Of a stretch of DNA of 64,000 bases, positions 56,193 through 64,000 are shown one piece after another. The first letter of the stretch is position 1. Each line of letters starts with the position of its first letter. The translations under genes were made by a program, and so were the position numbers. Location of the stretch: the NCBI GenBank assembly GCA_963664405.1, contig OY761158.1, forward strand, positions 6,560,001 to 6,624,000, given 5' to 3'. The notes under the pieces are model-generated. The model was not told where the DNA came from and did not search any database. It saw only the letters and a list, made by a program, of their open reading frames with translations. This DNA comes from Thermoanaerobaculia bacterium (GTDB lineage Bacteria; Acidobacteriota; Thermoanaerobaculia; Multivoradales; Multivoraceae).

Positions 56193-58229
56193 TTAGCCTC
56201 CTCTGGCTTCCCGCTCTTGCTTCTTACGCCGCAGGAAGAGCACCAGGCCCATCACGAGCACCAGGGTGGGCATCCAGCCGAGTACGGCGAGACGGACCTT
56301 GCTCTCTTCGTTCTCGAGTGCTGCCCGCTGCTGCAGGCGAATCGCTCGCAGCTCCGCATTGCCTTCCTGGATGCGCTCGTTGAGCTGGCCGACTTCGTCT
56401 TGAAGCTTGCGCTGGAAGAGGGCGGCGTTGCGCTGTGTGATCTCGTTCTGTTTGCTCTGCAGTTCTGCCTGGAAACCCTCGACCTCCGCCCGGATCTGGC
56501 GCTCGCGCTCTAGAGTCTCTTTCTCGGCTTCGGCCTCGATCTCGTCAAAGCGTGAGAAGGGCCTGTCCAGGCGACGTGCGGTCCTGACGCTCATCAACTC
56601 ACGAGCTCCGAGTAGGTGGTCGACGCTGTTGAGCAGAACTTTGTGGTTATCGTTGTTGGCGTTGACGATGCCTAGAATATTGCGTTGAAAGGCCAGCGGG
56701 TCGGAGATGAAATCAACGTCCGCAAAGACGATCACTCCGGCGTCAGAGCGCCTGTCTTCCGGCACCGGTTCCTTCTTGATCATCTCGGTACCCTCCGGTG
56801 GCGGCAGCTCGATCCCCGGCGGTAAGCCAGGAGGCTGCTCGGGCGCCGTTGACGGAAACTCCACTCCCTCGGGGTAAGCGGAGGGAAGTCTGCCGTCGAG
56901 ATGGTAGGCGAGGACGACCGGCTCGGTTCCGGAGACGTAGTGATCTCGCAGCTTCGCGGCATTGTTGAGGTCGGTGTAGTAGAGACCCTCGGCACCGCCC
57001 AGGCCAGGCAGGATCTCCAGGGTGTTGCCGGAGGCAGTGGTCGTGATGAGAGCAGTTGTGGTCCATGGCCGCTCTTCGTCTTCGGCTCCGTCCACAGGCC
57101 GCAGGCTCCCAGCCATAAAGAAGCGAACGTCGGCGAGACCCTGCAGGACAGGGTGCTCGGCCAGAGTCTCCTTGCTAGTGGCCTCGGTGAGCTGGAGGTC
57201 GACGACGACGGATTCGCTGGCGCCTCCTCGCACTACCGGCCTCTTTACGGCGAGATCGAAGTCGGCGGCGAAGCGCTGCGCCGGCATCTCGAGGCCCCAT
57301 GCAGCGAGCAGCGTACCGAGGCTGGATGCGGGCTCGTACTGGAGTGCGGCCCAGGGCTGTTGGGGGTTCTGGGGCGCCGGGTCCGCGATGCTGTAGGGGT
57401 CGAGAAAGACCACGGTCTTGCCGCCGGTCACTACCCACTCGTCGAGAGCCCAGAGCATCTTGCCGCTGAGCCCCTTGGGGTGGATGACGATGACCAGGTC
57501 GTAGTCGTGATGTGAGATCTGATCGGTATCGAGCTCGATCTTGGAGACCTGGTAGTAGTCCTCGAGCAGTTGCACCGAGATCCACTTCTCGGTCGGGCTC
57601 TTGCCTTGAGCAGCGAGCATCTGCGCGAGGTAAGGGTTATCTGCTGTGCCGAATACTTCGAGGCTGGAAACCACCCCGATGCGCTTGGATGGCGGCCAGA
57701 GTAGGGAGGAGAGACGCTTGGTGATCTCGTATTCGACACTCTCCTGCTCGTTCGGCCACAGGAAGGGAATGGAGTCCTTGCTGCCGGTTTGGGTCTCGAC
57801 CGTGAGGCCGAAGAAGAACTGATCGCCATGCTGGTTGATGGGGCGACCTTCGACGCCGTCCTTGACCGCGTCCAGTGCCTCGTCACTGTCGGTGACAGGG
57901 TCGATGAAGCTGGTACGGATCTTTCCTTTGCCGGCCCGCTCGTACTCTTTGAGAAGGTGCCGCAGATAGCGCTCGTAGGTTACGAAGTCTTTGATGAAGC
58001 GAGGGAGCGTCTTGCCGGATTTCTCTGAGAAATAAAGCTTCATCTCGAGAGGCTGAGCTCCCTCGGTTTGCATCTTTTCGACGAGCTCGAGAGTACCGTC
58101 GGACAGGGAGTAGATGTTCTGCTCCGTCAGGTCGGACCTGAGGCCTTCGAAGAGCCGAAAGGCGAGGTGCGTCGAGAGCGCAGCCACCAGGGCCACGAGA
58201 AGAATTGTCAGCGATCGGTTTCTGGGCAT
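56193..58229 (-). CDS. GldG-family ABC transporter auxiliary component
   Basis: DLTEQNIYSLSDGT, LKEYE, FFFGL, EYEITK, VVFLDP, FADVDFISD, LNSVDHL, C-terminal coiled coil + TM. Confidence 0.85.
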   Translation of the reverse strand: MPRNRSLTILLVALVAALSTHLAFRLFEGLRSDLTEQNIYSLSDGTLELVEKMQTEGAQPLEMKLYFSEKSGKTLPRFIKDFVTYERYLRHLLKEYERAGKGKIRTSFIDPVTDSDEALDAVKDGVEGRPINQHGDQFFFGLTVETQTGSKDSIPFLWPNEQESVEYEITKRLSSLLWPPSKRIGVVSSLEVFGTADNPYLAQMLAAQGKSPTEKWISVQLLEDYYQVSKIELDTDQISHHDYDLVIVIHPKGLSGKMLWALDEWVVTGGKTVVFLDPYSIADPAPQNPQQPWAALQYEPASSLGTLLAAWGLEMPAQRFAADFDLAVKRPVVRGGASESVVVDLQLTEATSKETLAEHPVLQGLADVRFFMAGSLRPVDGAEDEERPWTTTALITTTASGNTLEILPGLGGAEGLYYTDLNNAAKLRDHYVSGTEPVVLAYHLDGRLPSAYPEGVEFPSTAPEQPPGLPPGIELPPPEGTEMIKKEPVPEDRRSDAGVIVFADVDFISDPLAFQRNILGIVNANNDNHKVLLNSVDHLLGARELMSVRTARRLDRPFSRFDEIEAEAEKETLERERQIRAEVEGFQAELQSKQNEITQRNAALFQRKLQDEVGQLNERIQEGNAELRAIRLQQRAALENEESKVRLAVLGWMPTLVLVMGLVLFLRRKKQEREARGG

Positions 58230-58231
58230 CG

Positions 58232-58981
58232 TTAGTTGCCTTTGGTCTCTCGCAGTACGAGCATGCCGCTCGCCAGCCAGGCTAAGGTGAAGATGGCGAA
58301 GAAGAGCAGGGTGCGCAGCTCGACAAGGCCGCGGGTCAGGCTTTCGAAGTGGTCGATGAGGCTGACGCTCTGCAGCACCTGGGCGACGTAGCCCCCCAAA
58401 GCTCGGCCGACGAAGTCCTGAGTCTCCGGCAAACCGAGGAGAAGGAAAGCCACCGAAGCGGTGACTCCGAGGATGAAGGCGACGACCTGGTTCTTGCTCA
58501 CGGCCGAGAACAGCATGCCGATGGCCAGAAAGGCGCCGGCGCTCAACAGGCAGCCGAAGTAACCGCCGATCAACACGCCCCAGTCAGGGTCGCCTAGCCG
58601 GGCGAGCTGAAACACCAAGGGCCAGGTCAGAAAGAGCGAGAAGCCGAGGAAGCTCCACCCGGCCAGAAACTTGCCGAGATAGGCCCCCTCGAGGCTGATC
58701 GGAAGAGTCAGGAGGAGCTCGAGAGTTCCGCTCTTCCGCTCTTCCGCCCACAGCCGCATCGCGACGGCTGGCACCAGAACGACGAAGATCCAGGGAACGT
58801 AGGTAAAGAAGGCGTCTAAATTCGCTTGTCGAATTTCGAGGAAGCGGCCAAAGTCGCGCGAGACCGTGAGGTAGCCGCTGGCGACCAGAAAGATGACGAT
58901 AAAGACGTACCCCAGGGGCGAAGAGAAATAGCTCTTGAACTCGCGGCGAAACACCGCTTCGAGACCGGTGAATCGGTTCAT
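58232..58981 (-). CDS. GldF-like ABC-2 permease
   Basis: REFKSYFSSPLGYV, AMRLWAEERKSGTLELLLTLP, GKFLA, KNQVVAFI, HFESLTRG. Confidence 0.88.
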   Translation of the reverse strand: MNRFTGLEAVFRREFKSYFSSPLGYVFIVIFLVASGYLTVSRDFGRFLEIRQANLDAFFTYVPWIFVVLVPAVAMRLWAEERKSGTLELLLTLPISLEGAYLGKFLAGWSFLGFSLFLTWPLVFQLARLGDPDWGVLIGGYFGCLLSAGAFLAIGMLFSAVSKNQVVAFILGVTASVAFLLLGLPETQDFVGRALGGYVAQVLQSVSLIDHFESLTRGLVELRTLLFFAIFTLAWLASGMLVLRETKGN

Positions 58982-59925
58982 GCGGCGACTCCCTTCGTCA
59001 CCTCACGGAAGACCTCGTCGAGGCTACCTTCGCGCTGATGGATGCCGTTGATCTCGAACCCCTCGAGCAGTTTGGGAAGCTCCGCGAGATGCGTCTCTCC
59101 GGATTCCGGGTAGACGTCTAGCAGTCTCTCTCCTGCCACTTCCACGCGCTCACACCATGGCTGATCTTCGAGGAGATTCTTCACTTTCTCGGACATGGCT
59201 CCTTCCGCGAGGCTGAGTCGGATGGTGTTGTGGTGAGGCGCCTGCTCGATCAGCTCCCTGGGTGTCGAGTCGACGAGGATTCGTCCCTCGGAGATGATGA
59301 CAGCGCGATTGCAGATCTTCTCGGCCTCGTCGAGGATGTGGGTCGAGAGGATCACACAGCAGCGATGAGAGAGGCTCGCGATCAGATCCTGGACCAGAAC
59401 CTTCTGATTCGGGTCGAGCCCGTCGGTCGGCTCGTCGAGGATCAGGATCTCGGGGTCATGAAGGAGGGCCTGGGCGAGGCCGACACGGCGCTTGAAGCCC
59501 TTCGAGAGAGTGTCGATGGTTTGATGTCGCACGCGGCGCAGTTCGGTGAGGTCGACGGCCCGATCGATTTGGCGGTCCGGCTTGTCGACGCGGCGGGCGT
59601 CTGCGATGAATCGAAGGAAGCCGTCCACTGTCATCTCGCCGTAGGCGGGCGCGTTCTCAGGAAGGTAGCCGACCTTGCGCCGCGCTTCCAGAGGATGGGT
59701 GGCTACATCGAAGCCCGCGACCTCGACCCGGCCGCTGTCAGGCTCGAGAAAGCCGGTGATCAGCTTCATTGCGGTTGTCTTGCCGGCTCCGTTGGGCCCG
59801 AGAAACCCCAGGATGTCGCCCCGGCTCACTGAAAAGGAGATCCCATCCACAGCGCGGATGGGTCCATAGTGCTTGCGCAGATCCTGCACACGCACGAGTG
59901 GGGTGTTTGCTGTCGACTCGTTCAT
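58978..59925 (-). CDS. GldA-like ABC transporter ATP-binding protein
   Basis: GPNGAGKTT, LSKGFKRRVGLAQA, ILDEPTDGLDPNQ, STHIL; likely ATG at 59925. Confidence 0.9.
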   Translation of the reverse strand: MNESTANTPLVRVQDLRKHYGPIRAVDGISFSVSRGDILGFLGPNGAGKTTAMKLITGFLEPDSGRVEVAGFDVATHPLEARRKVGYLPENAPAYGEMTVDGFLRFIADARRVDKPDRQIDRAVDLTELRRVRHQTIDTLSKGFKRRVGLAQALLHDPEILILDEPTDGLDPNQKVLVQDLIASLSHRCCVILSTHILDEAEKICNRAVIISEGRILVDSTPRELIEQAPHHNTIRLSLAEGAMSEKVKNLLEDQPWCERVEVAGERLLDVYPESGETHLAELPKLLEGFEINGIHQREGSLDEVFREVTKGVAA

Positions 59926-60186
59926 ATCCCTCCTGCCTCCAACTGCCAGTCCAGCGCTCAAACGTGTCATTTCGGCGCGTTCCGACCCAGGTCCCGCTCG
60001 GGGACCCTTACAAAGACGCCGCGACCAACGTGATCTACCGACCGGCGGCTCGTCGTCTACTGCAAATGTGTAGCAAGTCACATACCAGGCATAGAATGCC
60101 CTTCGGCGCAGTGCCGTCAGACGCCTAGGAAGCTGACGGCAAAACGAAACGAGATTCTATAGCCAAAGCGGCTGTTCGGGAGGCCC

Positions 60187-61170
60187 ATGCCGAGAATTCG
60201 AGTTCTTTCGGAAGACTTCGAGGTCGAAGAGGTGGCCCTCTATCCCCCGTGTGGGGAAGGGGAGCACACCTTTCTCCAGGTCGAAAAGCGGGATCTCGAT
60301 ACCGAAGGAGTGGTCGAGTGTTGGGCCAAGCTGTTGTCGATTCGCGCCGAGGAAATTGGCTATGCAGGGCGAAAGGATCGCCGGGCGGTGACGAGACAGT
60401 GGATCTCGGTGCCGCGTTTCGAGCCGTCCCGCGCTGAGATCCTGGAGATACCAGGAGTTCGAATTCTTCAAGCTCGCCGCCACCGGCAGAAGATTCGAGC
60501 CGGTGATCTCCGGGCGAACCGTTTCCGCATCGTAGTTCGCGACGTCGGCCCTGCCGACGCCACCTATGCACGAGCTCGCTTCGAGGAGGTGCTCGAAAGA
60601 GGTTTGACGAACCGCTTTGGTCGTCAGCGCTTCGGGTATGCGGGGAGCAATGTGGAGAAGGGTGCTGACGTGCTCAGGGGCAAGAAAGTTCCGGGTGGCC
60701 GGAGGCACCTTCGCTTTATGGTCTCCGCCTTTCAGGCCCACCTCTTCAACGAGGTTCTAGATCGTCGACCTGTTCCGCCCTGGGAGCTGCTCGAAGGTGA
60801 TCTCGCTCTGTTTCATCTGTCCGGCGGGCTGTCCCAGGTGAGGAGCCCAGCGGACGAGGCGGAGCGGCTCGGTGCTCTCGAGATCAGCCCGACAGGACCT
60901 CTCTTCGGCGCAAAGATGCGACGCCCCGCAGGAGCGGTGGCTGAGATTGAAGACGGAGTTTGGGAGGAGCAAGACCTGCTCCCATGGCACGAGATCGTCC
61001 CTTCTCGCGGCCTGCGGATCATGGGAGCTCGGCGGCCACTTCGGGTGCCGGTCGAGGAAGCGACCTGCGATCATAGGGAGGATCGACTGGAGCTGAGCTT
61101 TCAGCTACCGGCGGGCTCGTTCGCGACCATCTTGGTTGAGCATCTCTTTCCCGAGCTGGCCCAGGACTGA
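60187..61170 (+). CDS. truD: tRNA pseudouridine(13) synthase TruD
   Basis: EDFEVEE, GEGEH, GYAGRKDRRAVTRQW (catalytic Asp), NRFRI, N.FG.QRFG, LFNEVL, RRPLR, F.LPAGSFAT. Confidence 0.92.
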   Translation: MPRIRVLSEDFEVEEVALYPPCGEGEHTFLQVEKRDLDTEGVVECWAKLLSIRAEEIGYAGRKDRRAVTRQWISVPRFEPSRAEILEIPGVRILQARRHRQKIRAGDLRANRFRIVVRDVGPADATYARARFEEVLERGLTNRFGRQRFGYAGSNVEKGADVLRGKKVPGGRRHLRFMVSAFQAHLFNEVLDRRPVPPWELLEGDLALFHLSGGLSQVRSPADEAERLGALEISPTGPLFGAKMRRPAGAVAEIEDGVWEEQDLLPWHEIVPSRGLRIMGARRPLRVPVEEATCDHREDRLELSFQLPAGSFATILVEHLFPELAQD

Positions 61171-61715
61171 TGTTGGTCCATCTCATTCTGTCTTTGTGCT
61201 TTATGGTCCAGGGCGAAGCTATCGGCTCTACCAGGGCTGAGGTTTCGGTGTCGGCGACCGGCGCTTTTCGCATCGACCTTCATGCAGACTTCGATGGTCT
61301 TCTTTTGGGCAGCGGACCAGGGGGCTCTCTCGGCCCTCGACTCGAGGCGATGGAGCGCTTCCGCGCACTCGACTCGGAACTGCAGGCGGCCGCAGTAGAG
61401 CGGCTCGAAGAGTTTTTGAAACGTCGGGTTCGGGCACGCTTCGATGGGCGTCCCGAAACTTTCTCGGTGAGCTTTCCCCAACGGCGGCAGATCGGTACTG
61501 GTGTCTTGACTCTGGGTAGTACAGCTCGCCTCTCGGGACAGGTGCCCACCGGCGCAGCTCGATTTCAGTTCTTTGCTTCTCGAAGTTTTCGCTCGGTCGA
61601 CCTTCGGCTGGTATCGGCGACCGGAGAGGAACGATTGCGCTTCCTTCTCCAACCTGGTGAGGAGAGCCCCGAGGTGGACCTGAGAGAGCTAGGTTACAGG
61701 CAGGACCGGCTGTAG
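61170..61715 (+). CDS. Hypothetical protein, probably exported
   Basis: Start overlaps the truD stop; hydrophobic leader; no recognised catalytic motif. Confidence 0.6.
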   Translation: MLVHLILSLCFMVQGEAIGSTRAEVSVSATGAFRIDLHADFDGLLLGSGPGGSLGPRLEAMERFRALDSELQAAAVERLEEFLKRRVRARFDGRPETFSVSFPQRRQIGTGVLTLGSTARLSGQVPTGAARFQFFASRSFRSVDLRLVSATGEERLRFLLQPGEESPEVDLRELGYRQDRL

Positions 61716-64000
61716 TCGGTCACAGCGCTCACGAAGCTCGGCCAGTTCGGTCTCCATCGCAGATATCTCATCCCGCTTCGCCCGCGAAAGACGCGCGTTG
61801 ACTTCTTCCATGGCAAGCTGCCAATAGAGCAGGGCGGTTTCGATCGCTCCACAGTGTTCCGCCTTGGTCGCTGCCAGCGACAGGTAGGCCTGAGCCTCTT
61901 CGTGCAGCCGAGCTTCGCGGAAATGCCTTGCGAGTAGCTCGGCTACCGGAATGGGATCATCCCTATGGCTCCTCTCGATGAGCTCGGCGATCTCGCGATG
62001 CATGATCCGGCGCCGAGCGGGGTTGATGTGGCGGTAGATGGTTTCCCAGATTGCTTGGCTCGAGAACTCGAAGTAGGCCTCCTGGGTCTGGCCCTCTTCG
62101 AGGACATCCTCCCGTCCGCGCCATTGGTCCGCGGATCTTCTGATCAGCCAGCGCTGGAGCATGATGTCGAAACCGATCTCGCAGACAACGATGTGCTCGT
62201 CGGCGGCCTCGGCGAGTAGGTTGGCTTCGAAGCGCGAACCGGCGACCGCAGCGAGCGCCGCGAGTCGTCTGGTCGAATAGGGGAGGTGCTTGAAGCGCTT
62301 GACGATGAGACCGCGGATATCGCGCATGCTCAGAGCGAGGTCGGCAAGCGATGTTTCGCCTAGAGACCAGCGCCCGGACTCTGGATGAATGAGACCGCCG
62401 TCGCGAAGAAAGTTGAGGCCCTGGGTGAGGGCCTGAGGAAGGCCGGCACTGCTTCTTTCAAGAAAGCTTGCCAATTCCTCGGCTTGGTCGAGAGGGACTA
62501 CACCAGAGGCGATCTGATAGATCGCCTGGCTGTCGAGCCTGGACAGCGATATCTGGTTCTCTTGGTCGAGAGCGCTGGTCACCAAGCGATGAAGAGGGTG
62601 GTCTTTGGCGAGCTCCTCGCGCTTAGCGGTGAGCGCGATCCAGACCGGAAAGGCACGCAGCCGAGAGGAGAGAAAGTCGAGAAGCTCGAGGGCGGCGGGA
62701 TCTGCGCTCTCCATCTCGCCGAGCAGTACGAGAACCCGTCGAGAAGCGGCGCCCGGTACGCCGCAGAGGGCGACGAAGGCGCGTGCTATCGCCTCGAAGA
62801 CGCGTTCTCTCTGACGCGCGGGAGAAGATCTCCTTCGCGTCTTTCCGGAGGGGACCAGCGGAGCCAGGCCAGGGGCGATCAAGCTGAGGTCGGCGAGGGT
62901 GTCGGCGTCGAGGTAGCGGGCCAGATCATCGGCCAGCTCCGAGCCTTCGGCGAGGTGAGCGCGAAGGGCTCGCGCGATGGGCTGATACACGCCAGGGAGC
63001 ACATCCAGGCAGCCGCCGCTGAGAACGAGGGTGTTCTCGCTGGAGCTCGCCGCGTCGAGAAACGAGCGAATGAGGCGGGTCTTACCAATGCCAGCCTCTC
63101 CCTCGATCAGGGTCAGGAGCCCCTCGCCGCGAAGGGCCTGCTGCATGCAGCTCTCGAGCTGATCGTATTGCGCACCCCGACCCGCCATCGGGATGAGAGG
63201 GGTCGAGTCTTCGCCACTGACCTGATCGGAGGGCGCGGACCCTTGTAGCAGAATCCGGCGCTGTAGAGCCGCCGTCTCCTCGAGGGGTTCGACATCGAGC
63301 TCGCGGCGCAGCGTGCTGACGAGCTGTTCGTACTGGGCGAGGGCACGGTTACGCCTGCCTGAGAGAGAGTACAGGCGCATCAGCTGCTGGTGCGCATCTT
63401 CAGAAAGAGGCTCGACCCCAACCAGACGCTGGGCGTATTGAATGCCGAGCCGGTACTCTCCGCGCTCGACGTAACAGTCGATCAGCAGGCGTAGAGCCGT
63501 AACTACCTTTTCGCGGAGCTGATCTTGCCGAGCCTGCAGCCAGTACTCGAACTCTTCGCTGTCTTTGACCTGGAAACCGGTCAGAAAGTGACCTCGGTAG
63601 AGTCCTACCGCTTCGGTCAGACGGTGCGGGTCGAGTCGGTCCTGCGATCCGCTGCTGGCGATCGCGTCTTCGAAGGCGACGACGTCGACCCAGCAATCCA
63701 TTGCCGGATTGACCTGGATGTGCTGCCGGGAAGCTATAAGGGGGCTTTCTTCTTTAGGGAAGAGACTTCGTATGTTGTAGAGCGCCTGTCGGAGGTTTCG
63801 TCGCGCTGAATTCTCGTCCTTTTCGGGCCAGAACAGGGCGGCGAGGTGGTCACGGCTGAGGGCGTTGCCCAAATGGCAGGCAAGGTAGGCGAAGAGCGCC
63901 CGGACCTTCTGAGATTCGAAGCGATCGACCGGTTCTCCCGCGTGAGCTACTTGAAGAGTGCCTAGACAGTGAATACGAAGAGGACTGGCGGAGGGGCTCA
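61689..64000 (-). CDS. SARP-type regulator (wHTH + BTAD + AAA ATPase); start at or just beyond the window edge
   Basis: Frame open to the edge: LRIHCLGTL...KVRALFAYLA..SRDHLAALFWP..ARRNLRQAL; BTAD LYRGHFL..F..W, EPLSEDAH..LMRLY; Walker A GEAGIGKTRL. Confidence 0.88.
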   Translation of the reverse strand, partial: SPSASPLRIHCLGTLQVAHAGEPVDRFESQKVRALFAYLACHLGNALSRDHLAALFWPEKDENSARRNLRQALYNIRSLFPKEESPLIASRQHIQVNPAMDCWVDVVAFEDAIASSGSQDRLDPHRLTEAVGLYRGHFLTGFQVKDSEEFEYWLQARQDQLREKVVTALRLLIDCYVERGEYRLGIQYAQRLVGVEPLSEDAHQQLMRLYSLSGRRNRALAQYEQLVSTLRRELDVEPLEETAALQRRILLQGSAPSDQVSGEDSTPLIPMAGRGAQYDQLESCMQQALRGEGLLTLIEGEAGIGKTRLIRSFLDAASSSENTLVLSGGCLDVLPGVYQPIARALRAHLAEGSELADDLARYLDADTLADLSLIAPGLAPLVPSGKTRRRSSPARQRERVFEAIARAFVALCGVPGAASRRVLVLLGEMESADPAALELLDFLSSRLRAFPVWIALTAKREELAKDHPLHRLVTSALDQENQISLSRLDSQAIYQIASGVVPLDQAEELASFLERSSAGLPQALTQGLNFLRDGGLIHPESGRWSLGETSLADLALSMRDIRGLIVKRFKHLPYSTRRLAALAAVAGSRFEANLLAEAADEHIVVCEIGFDIMLQRWLIRRSADQWRGREDVLEEGQTQEAYFEFSSQAIWETIYRHINPARRRIMHREIAELIERSHRDDPIPVAELLARHFREARLHEEAQAYLSLAATKAEHCGAIETALLYWQLAMEEVNARLSRAKRDEISAMETELAELRERCDRLQPVLPVT

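Noticed and set aside
55151-59925. Gliding motility machinery
   Set aside because: GldA/F/G-like ABC systems with DUF4340 are widespread, and no gldK-N/T9SS genes are present here
1-64000. High frequency of TCGA/CTCGAG as a dispersed signal
   Set aside because: Explained by codon-pair usage (CTC/GTC/ATC followed by GAG/GAC) in coding regions; not testable without a codon-shuffled null
1-64000. tRNA or rRNA genes
   Set aside because: No cloverleaf or rRNA-like segment recognised in the short intergenic regions; tRNAscan-SE/Infernal would be needed to exclude them fully

Overview
A GC-rich bacterial chromosomal window. Gene content suggests Acidobacteriota or a similar environmental lineage (inference only). 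It holds about 45 CDS, mostly housekeeping, envelope and transport genes: hemW, recD2, nth, cobB, ampG, pncB, an addB/addA-like pair, truD, two TonB receptors, NatAB-like and Gld-like ABC systems, and MoxR/VWA. I saw no rRNA, tRNA or CRISPR array. Three features stand out. (1) A bacterial Elp3 (radical SAM/acetyltransferase) sits head-to-head with a Trm9/ALKBH8-like methyltransferase, suggesting a eukaryote/archaea-type mcm5U34 wobble-modification module in a bacterium. (2) A complete 3,555-bp four-gene Mu/IS21/Tn7-like transposon (50183-53737) has TG...CA ends, repeated end motifs and a perfect 5-bp target duplication (AGGAC), and is inserted flush against a palindromic repeat. (3) Five ~166-bp palindromic intergenic elements share a conserved, covarying core but carry three different terminal arms and often overlap neighbouring stop codons. 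A second CCTNGC-bounded mini-element occurs both free and nested inside one of them. All calls come from reading motifs; no database searches were run.
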